Origin: an uncultured Candidatus Saccharibacteria bacterium
Lineage (GTDB): Bacteria; Patescibacteriota; UBA1384; XYA2-FULL-43-10; 1-14-0-10-43-13
Direction: 5' to 3'
Assembly (NCBI GenBank): GCA_964419835.1
Contig: CAYQPT010000002.1
Coordinates: 6,732 to 70,731, forward strand
Length of the DNA stretch: 64,000 nucleotides
Below are positions 17,857 through 28,251 of the stretch, one piece after another. Numbering within the stretch: the first letter of the stretch is position 1; every line of letters begins with the position of its first letter. The notes below the pieces were generated by a model that did not search any database, was not told the origin of the DNA, and saw only the letters and a list, made by a program, of their open reading frames with translations. Made by a program: the position numbers and the translations under genes.

Positions 17857-20496
17857 CTAGTAACTCTTAACCAAACAATTGTAATGCAGGTTACTAATAT
17901 CACCCAGCGCATCGGCAGTTGCGTTAAACTTAACTGTCCCGTCAGAAAAAGTAGGATCAACATATGGAACAGTGGATGTTAATGCAATCGGCTCACAAAA
18001 TTGTCTATTATCAGTTGATTTATACAATTCATCAGTGATTAAATTTGAACTGTTTGGAACTAAATTACTCACCATAACCCAAACCTGTATTGTGTCATTT
18101 AACTGCAGGGAATACGGGTTAAAGTTGTTTGCCGGGCTAAGCCCGCTCCTGCTTATTGGGATTAATACCTTTCTTACACTTGAACTAGTCGGTGATGTCG
18201 GGTTGACAACGATCCATCCGCCGCCACCGCCTCGGCCGTCGGTCGGTCGATACAAAAGACTTCTGTCCCCTCCTCTGGCAGACATCTGATATAAAGTATT
18301 ATTTGCAATACCATTGACCTCATATACTCCTTGTTCTCCATCAAATGTCCCCCCCTCTACATTTATTCCATAAAAACTGGTCATGCCACCATATGAAATG
18401 GCGTTTGTCCGGATTACAATGCTTCCTCCTGCTCCGCCACCAGCCCCCACACTACAGCCATCATTCATAAACAAATAACCAATTTCTCCGTCGGCATATA
18501 TTCCGCCTGTGTCTGCACCGCTGAATGTCAGATTAAAGTCAATTGAATCAGCTGACAATGTAACCCTGCCACCACCATTTCCACCTTCTGAACAAGAAGT
18601 ATCATCACCCCCACCATCATAGCCCGAGGCGCCTCCGCCCGCTCCCCATTCTTGGCCGGCACCGTTCATATAGTCATATTTTTTACTGCCGTTAGTGTCG
18701 CCTGTGCCCACCTTTCCGTTGCCTCCGGCCCCACCGCCACCGCCGGATGAATAATCATACTCATTATATGCGGCTCCCCCACTCCATTCTGTGGCGCTTA
18801 TCTTTGGGCCAAATCCATAATTCTTCCGATAAGCTGTATCGCTTTTCGTGCTTGCACCTAAGGATCCTATCAATCGTCCCATTGTATTACCATTACACCC
18901 TCTTCTATCATCCAAGACATAGCCAGCATAAACCGTATACCATGAATAATATGCTCCAGGGTATCCTTTTCCTGTTACATCAATTTTTGCTCTCGATTCA
19001 AAAGTAATTTTATTGTCGACGGCAATATCAACCTTTTTCCATCTGGCGGAACCAACAGTCTCATCCGCCAAAGAGCCGTTATTATTCAAATCTTGCTTAT
19101 TAACACCATCACCGGCAGGACCAAGTATTTCAGAAGCAAGCAATCCACTATGAGTTAAAACTGCTTTATTTATAAGCTTTAAGCTTTTAAAATGGCGTTT
19201 AGAATCACAATTGCTATCGTTTTGAGCATTGCATTGCTGCCCTGCATTGGCACCGGTTTGAAAGACTTTTTCTTCTCCCATATCAATCGTTATCCCCTCA
19301 GCTATCCCATCATCATTCGTATCACCATCAATAACCACATCTCTGTTTTCGCAAATTGCCGGAATGGCAGTGCCTGATTTCAAATAGCAAAAAAAGTTTA
19401 GAGAATTATAAGTTATCTTCACTATACCTCCCCCTCCTCCACCGCCATACCCGTTAACACTCGAACTCCCCCCATTCGCGGAAATGTTATAAAATGCCGG
19501 ACTCGGAGGAGCGACATTTGTAATTCCCGAAGGAGCAACATCTGCTCCAGATTTTCCGCCTGAAACATTTGGTCCAATATTGGCCGAATTTAAATTATCT
19601 GAAGAAAAAACATTTGTCGTCAGGCGAATAGTTCCGCCGGCTCCACCCCCTCCAGTTGTTACAGTGGCACCAGTAGCAGACCCTCTGGCATAAAAACCAC
19701 TAGTTTCCATCTTAATGATTTCCTCCTTTGCCCAGATATCAATTATCCCTGCGCCTGCCTGCCCAACTCTTGTAGTACCATTACAGCTTGCTGCACCTCC
19801 CCCACTCCCTCGATCGATAGTGTCAATATTTGACCCGGCAAAGATACCACCCAAAGCGACAACGGGAGAAAGCCGGGCTAATCCGTTTTGCCCATTACCC
19901 CCAAGGCCTCCTCCACCACCAGCACAGTCAGTAGCTACTACTGACATCAAGCTGCCAGGTGCCGGTCCTCTGGCGGGAGTAACTAAATCGACCGCGCCAC
20001 CCCAATACCCATCCCTATCTACATAAAAACTTGACCAATCAGACATAGTAAGCTTTTTTTCTATTATCCAATTAACCTGTTTTTCAGTTTCTTGGGCCAT
20101 GGAATTAGTTGTTGCCGACAGAAAAGCTGTTGTTACCCGAGCACCTTGTTTCATTGTTACGTTATTAAAATGATGAAGACCCGTGCTCACTACATAAGCA
20201 CTGGTGCCCGGAATACCGCTGATAGTCAAATTTGTATTATCTAGAGTGTTAGCCGGTAAGACAAATGGGACACTCGGTGTGCCTCCGGTAATTTCGCAAC
20301 TATAAATGCCATCCCCATCAGGTGTTGGATCGCAAGTCGCACCAGCTGGAGGAATTGGCGCTGCTGCTTTCGTTCCGTTTGGATTTTTGGTTGCCGCGAT
20401 CGAAAGCAGAAAGGCCGACAAAAACAGCACTGCAACTAAAAGCATGGCATTAAACTTTTTTCTGCGATTCAACAAATTTGTAATCGATATTTTCAT
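17857..20496 (-). CDS. Large glycine-rich secreted/surface protein
   Basis: N-terminal hydrophobic helix; two repeated GGGAGG.I.I modules; C-terminal Ig/DUF11-like domain. Confidence 0.65.
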   Translation of the reverse strand: MKISITNLLNRRKKFNAMLLVAVLFLSAFLLSIAATKNPNGTKAAAPIPPAGATCDPTPDGDGIYSCEITGGTPSVPFVLPANTLDNTNLTISGIPGTSAYVVSTGLHHFNNVTMKQGARVTTAFLSATTNSMAQETEKQVNWIIEKKLTMSDWSSFYVDRDGYWGGAVDLVTPARGPAPGSLMSVVATDCAGGGGGLGGNGQNGLARLSPVVALGGIFAGSNIDTIDRGSGGGAASCNGTTRVGQAGAGIIDIWAKEEIIKMETSGFYARGSATGATVTTGGGGAGGTIRLTTNVFSSDNLNSANIGPNVSGGKSGADVAPSGITNVAPPSPAFYNISANGGSSSVNGYGGGGGGGIVKITYNSLNFFCYLKSGTAIPAICENRDVVIDGDTNDDGIAEGITIDMGEEKVFQTGANAGQQCNAQNDSNCDSKRHFKSLKLINKAVLTHSGLLASEILGPAGDGVNKQDLNNNGSLADETVGSARWKKVDIAVDNKITFESRAKIDVTGKGYPGAYYSWYTVYAGYVLDDRRGCNGNTMGRLIGSLGASTKSDTAYRKNYGFGPKISATEWSGGAAYNEYDYSSGGGGGAGGNGKVGTGDTNGSKKYDYMNGAGQEWGAGGGASGYDGGGDDTSCSEGGNGGGRVTLSADSIDFNLTFSGADTGGIYADGEIGYLFMNDGCSVGAGGGAGGSIVIRTNAISYGGMTSFYGINVEGGTFDGEQGVYEVNGIANNTLYQMSARGGDRSLLYRPTDGRGGGGGWIVVNPTSPTSSSVRKVLIPISRSGLSPANNFNPYSLQLNDTIQVWVMVSNLVPNSSNLITDELYKSTDNRQFCEPIALTSTVPYVDPTFSDGTVKFNATADALGDISNLHYNCLVKSY

Positions 20497-20499
20497 TTT

Positions 20500-22119
20500 T
20501 TACTCCACCGTACAATAATAGTTCACCGTGGCAGGTCCCGCAGAAGTTACTGAAAGATTTGTCCAAACCACCTTTTTTGTTGTAATTCCACCAACAGTAC
20601 TGCTAGTTATGACTCCGCCACTAGAGGGGGGGGAGAATGTCCCGTAATTGTCCGGATTACACTTGAGTCCCGTCAAACTACCCTGTTGAATCGCCAGAGC
20701 CGTATCCGTCACTGTAACATATCCATCGTCAGATGAAGGAAGAAGTGAAATTACGAGGTTAATCCTGATTACATCTCCTTTTTGTAGTGCGTAAGCGTTG
20801 TAATTTGTATTAACCTCGCTATTTCCGGTTGTGCCATTTCTCTTTTCGGCAAGCAACCTCTTGCTTATCTTAACTCCGGAGGCCGTGGCAGAGGTTGGTG
20901 AGATATTGCTCAGAGTAATTTGATAAATGGAAGATGTGGCGCTTCCTCCAAATGTGTATATTTTATCATTATAAAAGACCGAGCCATACCCAATTAAGGA
21001 CGGGGGGGTCTTACTGGTTATGGTAAGCGTCTGTGCCTGTATGTCAAATTCGACCACTTCATAATAAGTAACACCAAGGGGAGTCCTTTTGACTAATAGC
21101 GTAATTTTTGAGTTTGCAGAGTCTAACGCAATCCCTTGTGGCACAGAAGAAGTAGCAAAAATAGTTCCGGGGTTGGCGACTGCAGTAAATGTCTCGGCGC
21201 CAGATGTGGGGTCAAATATGAAAATGCCGTTGCTCGTATTGGGGGAAGCATTTACAGCGCAATCACCAATATCACCGCTCGTTATGGTCGAACAAATGTC
21301 ACCGCCAAAAACATACGCCCTTGTAGTCACTGGATCAAAAACCACAGAAGCATGAGCTCGGTAGCCAAAAGAATCCAACCCGACAGGGGTTATTTTCGTC
21401 ATCGTGAGCGTAGTAGTATCTAGTACAAATACTTCCTTGAGATGATGATAGGTGCTTCGTCGTCCAGAAATCGTTGAATATTCCCCACCCATTATGTAAA
21501 TTTTATTGTCATAATAAAAAGCGGAAGCACCGTCCCTAGGATGAGCTATGAAGTCGGCATAACCGGGTCCAGTTATATTTAATTGATCTCCGCTTGCCAC
21601 TGTTGGCGCAACCCCGTTCCCATAAAGAGAGCATTTAGCAGGGAATAGACCTTGAATATCCCGCCCGCCGTTAAAATCTATCTCTGTGATACTGGCAGTG
21701 GGGTTACCTACTTGAACGTTTCCCCAGCCCATTTTACCTCCTATTAAATACGCTTTTTTGGTGGTCGGATTAAACACAGCAGCAGAATTCTGCCTCTGCC
21801 AGCAGCTATCATGAGTGCCGCCAGGGGTGAGAGTCAAGCTTGTCGTAGACATGTTAGACATATCTACTTTTTGAAGAAGAATATACCAAGAATGGAAATA
21901 TCCTCCAATCAAATAAGTAATTGCCCCATCATAAATTGTCATTGGATTTGTGACCGGAATAGGTAAAGTCTGAGGCAACAATGTTGCAGCATCTGTGCTT
22001 CGAGGATTATTCACAATCATTAAACTGCCGAACATAAATGCCAAAAGAATCAGAGACATTAATGTTGAGTATCTGAATCGTCTACGAGAATTAAGTTTTT
22101 GCGATAACGATCGTTCCAA
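20500..22119 (-). CDS. Secreted Kelch-repeat protein
   Basis: Repeated YLIGG/YIMGG/YVFGG/YTFGG Kelch blades after a signal/TM segment. Confidence 0.75.
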   Translation of the reverse strand: MERSLSQKLNSRRRFRYSTLMSLILLAFMFGSLMIVNNPRSTDAATLLPQTLPIPVTNPMTIYDGAITYLIGGYFHSWYILLQKVDMSNMSTTSLTLTPGGTHDSCWQRQNSAAVFNPTTKKAYLIGGKMGWGNVQVGNPTASITEIDFNGGRDIQGLFPAKCSLYGNGVAPTVASGDQLNITGPGYADFIAHPRDGASAFYYDNKIYIMGGEYSTISGRRSTYHHLKEVFVLDTTTLTMTKITPVGLDSFGYRAHASVVFDPVTTRAYVFGGDICSTITSGDIGDCAVNASPNTSNGIFIFDPTSGAETFTAVANPGTIFATSSVPQGIALDSANSKITLLVKRTPLGVTYYEVVEFDIQAQTLTITSKTPPSLIGYGSVFYNDKIYTFGGSATSSIYQITLSNISPTSATASGVKISKRLLAEKRNGTTGNSEVNTNYNAYALQKGDVIRINLVISLLPSSDDGYVTVTDTALAIQQGSLTGLKCNPDNYGTFSPPSSGGVITSSTVGGITTKKVVWTNLSVTSAGPATVNYYCTVE

Positions 22120-22311
22120 TACCCCTCCGAAGTTAGCCAGTAACTAGGATTATCCTTCAGAACTCCTTGGCATTTTCATACAAAAAAATGCGTGTTTTGT
22201 GTACAAATTTAGTATACCTAAAATAATAGTACTGTTACAACTGGGGAAAAATATTTCCTTAAACTATAAACTTGTTTGATCTTGTTTATATCTATAATAT
22301 TGTAACTGCCT

Positions 22312-22626
22312 ATGAAAAATATTGGTAAAAGTGAAGAGGTTTATAAAATTGTCAAAGGAATTCCGAAAGGCAAAGTTTTGACCTATGGCTCTCTCGCTAA
22401 AGTAGCCGGAATAAAAAATCCTCGGCTGGTTGGATCTATTTTGCACAAAAACCCCGACCCGCAAAGCATCCCCTGCCATCGCGTTGTAAATAGTAAAGGA
22501 GAGACGGCAAAAACTTACGCTTTTGGAGGAGGGGACGCTCAAAAAATAAAACTGGAAAACGAAGGAATTATATTTCAAAATAACAGACTAGACCTTAAGT
22601 TATATTTATGGCGACCAAAAATATAA
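22312..22626 (+). CDS. MGMT family methylated-DNA--protein-cysteine methyltransferase (C-terminal domain only)
   Basis: IPKGKV.TYG, R.VG..L..NP and IPCHRVV motifs. Confidence 0.9.
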   Translation: MKNIGKSEEVYKIVKGIPKGKVLTYGSLAKVAGIKNPRLVGSILHKNPDPQSIPCHRVVNSKGETAKTYAFGGGDAQKIKLENEGIIFQNNRLDLKLYLWRPKI

Positions 22627-22673
22627 CAATCACAATAAAGTCCGATCTACAATCTTCTTCTTTGCCCACTTCC

Positions 22674-22703
22674 CTACTTCATCAAACTAGTTTGATGAAG
22701 TAG
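22674..22703. repeat. 30-bp perfect palindrome CTACTTCATCAAACTAGTTTGATGAAGTAG
   Basis: Variant of the palindromes at 34578 and 35061. Confidence 0.9.
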
Positions 22704-22822
22704 AATCTAGTCCAATTAATTATTATCTACTGGGCAACAAATTATGAAGTTATTGTCCATTCTGCCAATGATTCTTCCTCAATAAAACGCTTAACTTAAA
22801 GGCGTATTATTTTTATCAGAGC

Positions 22823-23194
22823 ATGTCTAAAAGCTGCTCTTGGAAGGAGTGTATGGACGACCCCGTGTTTGACTTCTATAAAGGGTTTTACAAAAAGGCA
22901 TCTTCTTGGTTTGTGGGCACATTAATCGTGCTAGTTGTTATTATAGTGATCGGAATCGCTTATATAACAATAAGCAAATTGAATGCAAAGAACGACACAA
23001 ATGAAAATACTAATGAGCAAACAACAGAGCAACCGCTAGATAGTAAAAAAGATACTCAAATGGACGAACAGGACTTATTCGAGCAAGACCCCACCGACAA
23101 TGGAGGTTATATGATTGATGAAAACGGCGAAATGATAATTGACCCAAATGACGGCACAAGCACAACATTGCCAGAAAATGAGCTGGGACTATAA
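22823..23194 (+). CDS. Hypothetical bitopic membrane protein with acidic tail
   Basis: One TM segment; D/E/N-rich C-terminus. Confidence 0.6.
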   Translation: MSKSCSWKECMDDPVFDFYKGFYKKASSWFVGTLIVLVVIIVIGIAYITISKLNAKNDTNENTNEQTTEQPLDSKKDTQMDEQDLFEQDPTDNGGYMIDENGEMIIDPNDGTSTTLPENELGL

Positions 23195-23195
23195 C

Positions 23196-23235
23196 ATAAA
23201 AATAACCTCCCGCAATTGCGGGAGGTTATTTTTAT
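23196..23235. terminator. Bidirectional terminator (40-bp perfect palindrome)
   Basis: ataaaaataacctcccgcaa/ttgcgggaggttatttttat between convergent genes. Confidence 0.75.
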
Positions 23236-23261
23236 AATATACGATACTGTTGTATATTTGC

Positions 23262-24350
23262 TTATTCGTCCGAAAGACGGAATTTCCAGAGAGCGAGAAG
23301 TGACATGGCCACGATCCAACCAATAATAATTTCAAAGTTAACAGGATTAGAAAACGGTGAAACCGCATCAATCGAGATACCGCGTAGCATTCTAAGAAGC
23401 GGTGCTATCGGCAAGAATTGAACTACACTGAAAAGCCACTTCGGAAGAGCATCGATTGGGAAAAAGACTCCACCTAAAAACATCATCGGAATAGCAATCG
23501 CCTGCGCCATTCCCTGAGCGGCGTCGGCTGTTTTTGCAAAACCGGCCATTACAAAGCCGATTAATTGAAATAATATTGCCCCGAGAAGTGCGATCCCAAT
23601 TAAAACCCAAAGGTTTCCATACACATGTCCATGGAAAACAAACACTCCCATCGTTAAAATTAATGTAATCTGCACAATATTCAGCACCAGCCGAGAAGTA
23701 ACCTCGGCAACCAAAAACTTCCAGGTCGAAAGCGGAGTGGTGGTAATTCGCTTTAAGATCTTGTCCTCTTTATACTTACTAATACCAACCGCCATTCCCA
23801 TAATTGAACCGTTCATGAGCGCCAATCCTAGAATTCCAGCCATAATGAAGTCAAAATAGGAAAACGGACGGTTTGATCCAATTTTTTCTTGTGTTATTGA
23901 AAAAATCGGCTTGGCGTTCTGCAAGGCAAAACTTGTACCTATCAAATATTTATCAAAAAAAGCAGAAAGAATTGATGTCGCCTGACTACTGCTTGGATCG
24001 TAATACATTGTAATACTTTTTGGAGAATTCGGATCGGCTAGATTTCCAAATCCTTCAGGAATCAACACGGCAGCAGAAAGTTTGCTTTTGCTGACTTGAT
24101 CCTTTGCCTCGTCAATATTATCCATTTCCACCACATTTAAAATGTTGGCGTCAATCAAACCTTTGTCTAAATTTTTCGACAATTCAGTGCCGGATTTATT
24201 AACAATAGCAACACTACCGGCCATATTATTGCTCTTGCCAAAGAAAAGACCAAAAATTATGGTAAATATAAGCGGAAACATCAAAGCCCAGAACAAGGCC
24301 TGTTTATTTCTAAGTAACATTTTCAAGTCTGCAAGAAATAATTTAAGCAT
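23262..24350 (-). CDS. ABC-2 transporter permease
   Basis: LFWALMFPL, ILKRITTTP, FLGGVFFP; six TM segments. Confidence 0.9.
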   Translation of the reverse strand: MLKLFLADLKMLLRNKQALFWALMFPLIFTIIFGLFFGKSNNMAGSVAIVNKSGTELSKNLDKGLIDANILNVVEMDNIDEAKDQVSKSKLSAAVLIPEGFGNLADPNSPKSITMYYDPSSSQATSILSAFFDKYLIGTSFALQNAKPIFSITQEKIGSNRPFSYFDFIMAGILGLALMNGSIMGMAVGISKYKEDKILKRITTTPLSTWKFLVAEVTSRLVLNIVQITLILTMGVFVFHGHVYGNLWVLIGIALLGAILFQLIGFVMAGFAKTADAAQGMAQAIAIPMMFLGGVFFPIDALPKWLFSVVQFLPIAPLLRMLRGISIDAVSPFSNPVNFEIIIGWIVAMSLLALWKFRLSDE

Positions 24351-25269
24351 TATTTTCCTCCTGTATATTTTTTCCGGTGAGTTCTATAAACACATCTTCC
24401 AATGAAGCCCGTCCAACAGTAAGTGACTCCGGCTGCGCTTCATGAATAATACCCAAAGCTTTGTTCAAATTTGCCTGTGTTTGCAGGCGCAATTCAAAAT
24501 TATATTTTTTACCCGCCACCGTTTTTAATTGACCCAATTTTTTAACCTTATCCAAATTCTTAGCACTGATTTTTGTGTCAACAAAATTGATTTTGAAAGG
24601 ATTTTTGGCTTTCTCGATTAATTTATGTGTCAGATCCATTGCAACAATCTTGCCTTTGTCCATAATAGCTATTCTGTCGCATAGAACTTCTGCCTCTTCC
24701 ATATAGTGGGTTGTCAAAATTATGGTTTTGCCCCTCTCTTTTATGCTGGTAATAATTTCCCATAAGTGTCTGCGTGCCAATGGGTCAAGTCCGGTCGTCG
24801 GCTCATCCAAAAATACAATCTCGGGATCATTTATTAAGCTCGCAATAATTGAGAATCTCTGGCGCTGGCCTCCGGAAAGCGACCCAACAAAAGCATTCTT
24901 CTTTTCCGAAAGGTTGACCGCTTTTAACAGTTCTTCCGAATTAGCTTCTTTATTGTAAAAACTGGCAAAAAGATCCAATATCTCTTTTAATGTTAAAAAA
25001 TGATAGTAGGCGGATGATTGAAGCTGAACCCCTATCTTCTCTTTTATCTCCCGTGCCCCCTCTTTGCTTTCGTGTCCAAGAACCAAAATCTTCCCCGATG
25101 TCGGTTTTCTGAGCCCTTCAATCATTTCCAGTGTGGTAGACTTGCCTGCTCCATTTTCACCGAGCAATCCAAAAACTTCTCCCCTATTAACAGAAAAGCT
25201 GATGCTGTTTACGGCCATTAATTTTCCATAATTTTTGACGAGGTCTCTTACCTCAATGACTTTTTCCAT
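24343..25269 (-). CDS. ABC transporter ATP-binding protein
   Basis: GENGAGKST, LSGGQRQR, LDEPTTGLD motifs. Confidence 0.95.
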   Translation of the reverse strand: MEKVIEVRDLVKNYGKLMAVNSISFSVNRGEVFGLLGENGAGKSTTLEMIEGLRKPTSGKILVLGHESKEGAREIKEKIGVQLQSSAYYHFLTLKEILDLFASFYNKEANSEELLKAVNLSEKKNAFVGSLSGGQRQRFSIIASLINDPEIVFLDEPTTGLDPLARRHLWEIITSIKERGKTIILTTHYMEEAEVLCDRIAIMDKGKIVAMDLTHKLIEKAKNPFKINFVDTKISAKNLDKVKKLGQLKTVAGKKYNFELRLQTQANLNKALGIIHEAQPESLTVGRASLEDVFIELTGKNIQEENNA

Positions 25270-25283
25270 AGATCTCCCTTAAT

Positions 25284-25931
25284 TTATACCGAGAAGGTGA
25301 AAACACCTTTGACAAGAAAAGAAAGCACCCGCAAAATCGGCTCCATAATAGTAAATAAAATTGAATTTCCACTAATTTGACCGAAAATGATTAAACCAAG
25401 CAGAAGATACGGACCCATTTGCTGATAAGTTGCTCTTGCCTCGTAGCCCAAATAATATTCAACAAAATGCGATCCGTCCAACGGAAAAATCGGTAATATA
25501 TTGAAGGCAGCGAGCATTAAATTAATATCGACTATAATGTTTAAAAATAATAATAAGCTCGACGACTCGATTGTATGCCCCTGCATCAAAGCCACTCTGA
25601 TCGGAATCGCAATGATAAGAGCAAAAATAATGTTCGCCACAATACCGGCAATAGCCACCTTTAATTCATCTCTTCTCTCATGAAAATTACGCGGATTAAT
25701 TACTACCGGCTTACCCCAACCAAATCCGACCAACAAAAGAAATATTGATCCCAAAAGGTCAAGATGAACCAGTGGGTTTAGTGATAATCTGCCCTCCAAT
25801 CGAGGAGTCGGATCGCCTGACTTATCCGCCATCCAAGCATGGGCAAACTCATGGATCGTAATACCAATCAACAGAGCAACAATAAAGGCCAGGAAGTAGA
25901 TTGGATTTTTAAATAAATTAATCAATAGCAT
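25284..25931 (-). CDS. Site-2 protease (M50 family)
   Basis: HEFAH and NILPIFPLDG motifs. Confidence 0.92.
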   Translation of the reverse strand: MLLINLFKNPIYFLAFIVALLIGITIHEFAHAWMADKSGDPTPRLEGRLSLNPLVHLDLLGSIFLLLVGFGWGKPVVINPRNFHERRDELKVAIAGIVANIIFALIIAIPIRVALMQGHTIESSSLLLFLNIIVDINLMLAAFNILPIFPLDGSHFVEYYLGYEARATYQQMGPYLLLGLIIFGQISGNSILFTIMEPILRVLSFLVKGVFTFSV

Positions 25932-26031
25932 AGAATTTTGTACTTAATTTTGGTTATGATGCTTGAATTTTTTGCCGTTTTCTGTTAACATTACTTTGTA
26001 ATACTAACATTTTAATTAAATCCAATCAATC

Positions 26032-26193
26032 ATGGCCAATTGCACACTATGCGGAAAGAGATCAGTTTCGGGAAATGCCGTCTCTCACTCGCAAATTCAC
26101 ACAAAAAGAACATTCAAGCCAAACCTACAAAAAGTTAACGGTGTTGTTGTCTGTACGCGTTGTCTTCGAACTCTGAATAAAGAAGCTAAATAG
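26032..26193 (+). CDS. rpmB: 50S ribosomal protein L28 (not in ORF track)
   Basis: Manual translation [53 protein letters not shown]. Confidence 0.93.
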   Translation: MANCTLCGKRSVSGNAVSHSQIHTKRTFKPNLQKVNGVVVCTRCLRTLNKEAK

Positions 26194-26204
26194 TACCGAT
26201 ATAT

Positions 26205-26235
26205 AAAAAATAATCTTTAAGAAGATTATTTTTTT
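26205..26235. terminator. Bidirectional terminator
   Basis: aaaaaataatctt-taag-aagattatttttt between convergent genes. Confidence 0.6.
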
Positions 26236-26256
26236 ATTTTTATAAATTTTAAGTTA

Positions 26257-26592
26257 TTATGCCGGAACTTCTTCTCCAAGCTCTTTAATGGCGGCATTAC
26301 GCTTCTCCACCTCTTTATTGAAGCAGCTTTCGCATAAAATATCCTCGGTTTTTGGCTCAAAAGATACTTCTGCTTTTTTACCGCAACCAGTACACTTTAC
26401 CCACCAAGCCGGATGCTTTTCTCTGAGCTGATTTTTGTAAACTGCCGTGCAGACCTTGCATCGCTTCGGAATATTTGTAAGCCCTTTGTCAATAAAAAAT
26501 TTCTGCTCTCCTGCAGTCCAAATAAACTTGTTTCCGCAGTCTTTGCAGATGAGTGTTCTGTCCTCTAAATCTGATTCTTTTACTTTAGCCAC
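26257..26592 (-). CDS. Zinc-ribbon (zf-trcl + CxxC-x17-CxxC) protein
   Basis: CKDCG..F.WTAGEQ.FF..KGL.N.PKRC; second CxxC...CxxC unit. Confidence 0.85.
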   Translation of the reverse strand: MAKVKESDLEDRTLICKDCGNKFIWTAGEQKFFIDKGLTNIPKRCKVCTAVYKNQLREKHPAWWVKCTGCGKKAEVSFEPKTEDILCESCFNKEVEKRNAAIKELGEEVPA

Positions 26593-26761
26593 GAAATACT
26601 CCGTATTTAGTTGGTTGGTAAGTTAGTTTGTTAGTATTTAGTAGATGATTAAACAATATTTATTATATCAATTCTTTTTCAATCCTGCCACCCAGCCATC
26701 CATCCACCCTACTATTATACTACCCTTGTCAATTGAGCTCCTGTTTGCTAGATTAAAAGTG

Positions 26762-27460
26762 ATGCAGGAGAGAAATTATTTCGAATTAGAGAGAAAACAA
26801 AACAAGTGGTTTCATGCATATCTTTTGGTAGGAAAAAACAAGGACAGTAAACAAGAATTAATTAATTATATTATAGAAGGCAAGAACTGCCTTCCCGCTG
26901 ACATTTCAACTGTTACTCCGGAAGAATCGAGCGGAAAACGGGGTGAGATCAAAATTGAGCAGATCAAGGAGCTTCTTCATCAAATTTCACTCTCCCCTCT
27001 CGGTAAGTGCCGTATAGCAGTAATTTACAACGCAGAACGGCTGAATCAGTCCTCGGGCAACATACTACTTAAAACTTTAGAAGAACCGGCCGGTGATGTT
27101 CTGTTCATCTTAAGTGCGGAAAACAACTCCGTTCTGCCAACAATAAAGTCGCGTTGCCGTACCATATTCGTTCATGACAACACAGAAGAAGATGGCGATC
27201 AGGAATATGCAAAGATAGTTGAGAAAAACTTTGTTAAAGCATCGTTTGATCTTGAAAATATTGTTAAAAATAATCAAATAAATGAATTTCTAGACGATAT
27301 TTTAGATTATTGCCGCAAAAAGATGCTTTCTGGGAAAAAAAGTAATTACGGAAAAGTGATTTATAGGATCGAGGAAGTGAGAAAAGAGATCGCAGGAAAC
27401 GCCAATCCCCGGCTAGCTTTAGAAAACTTGTATTTGATGCTAAAATCAATAAATCAATGA
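26762..27460 (+). CDS. holB: DNA polymerase III delta' subunit
   Basis: HAYLL.G, IKIEQIKEL, LLKTLEEP, LPTIKSRC; start moved to ATG 26762. Confidence 0.85.
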   Translation: MQERNYFELERKQNKWFHAYLLVGKNKDSKQELINYIIEGKNCLPADISTVTPEESSGKRGEIKIEQIKELLHQISLSPLGKCRIAVIYNAERLNQSSGNILLKTLEEPAGDVLFILSAENNSVLPTIKSRCRTIFVHDNTEEDGDQEYAKIVEKNFVKASFDLENIVKNNQINEFLDDILDYCRKKMLSGKKSNYGKVIYRIEEVRKEIAGNANPRLALENLYLMLKSINQ

Positions 27461-28251
27461 AAAAAGAAATATACATAAAAGTTAAAAGTGACAATAAAAT
27501 TTATAAGTCTGATGCTTCTAATTTAGAAGTTATGCCAGGCGACCAAGTTTTATTTGAATTGGAATCAAGCCAAGATACCGGAATCGTTATTGATGAGAAC
27601 AACACAAAAGATCAGTGTGGGATTGAAAGCGGCGATGGAAAAATAACTATTATACGGAAGTTAACCGAAAAGGATCTCGAAAAGACTGCCGAAATGGAAA
27701 AGGAAGCGCTGGGGACTCTTGCTCAATGTAAAGAAAAAATCAGCAAACACGGACTTGAAATGAATCTCCTAGGCGCCGATTTATCCTATGACGGGAAAAA
27801 ATTAACCTTCTATTTCACCTCACCCGGAAGAGTGGACTTCCGCTCACTTGTACCAGATTTAGCGTCCACTTTTAAAAAACTGATCCGCTTGCAACAAGTT
27901 GGGGCTAGGGACAAAGCAAAATGCATAGGAGCCGTTGGAAGATGCGGGCAGGGAGTTTGTTGTAAAAGATTCTTGAAAGGTGACCTCGAAAGCGTCACGA
28001 TTGATATGGCAACCGAGCAAAATTTGGGCCAAATGGGTTCGACTAGAGTAACCGGAGCTTGCGGAAAACTAATGTGCTGCTTAAAATACGAACTCGACAA
28101 TTATCAAAAAACCAGGAAGAAAATGCCAGCAATCGGAAGTGAAATTAAAACCCCAGAGGGCACTGGTATCGTCAAGTCACAAAATGTAATAAAAAATACT
28201 ATTTTAGTAATTCTCAATAAGGATAATCGCATAGTGGAGGTCGATTGTTAG
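27457..28251 (+). CDS. ricT: PSP1/YaaT family protein
   Basis: RVDFR.LV.DL, RLQQVGARD, CG..CC, CGKLMCCL.YE; holB synteny. Confidence 0.9.
   Translation: MKKEIYIKVKSDNKIYKSDASNLEVMPGDQVLFELESSQDTGIVIDENNTKDQCGIESGDGKITIIRKLTEKDLEKTAEMEKEALGTLAQCKEKISKHGLEMNLLGADLSYDGKKLTFYFTSPGRVDFRSLVPDLASTFKKLIRLQQVGARDKAKCIGAVGRCGQGVCCKRFLKGDLESVTIDMATEQNLGQMGSTRVTGACGKLMCCLKYELDNYQKTRKKMPAIGSEIKTPEGTGIVKSQNVIKNTILVILNKDNRIVEVDC

Noticed and set aside
11123-21423. Many 60-140 aa antisense ORFs over the pilus and adhesin genes
   Set aside because: Fully overlap well-supported genes on the opposite strand and lack motifs or RBS.
27457-28251. ricT without ricA/ricF nearby
   Set aside because: holB-ricT synteny without the partner genes is ordinary.
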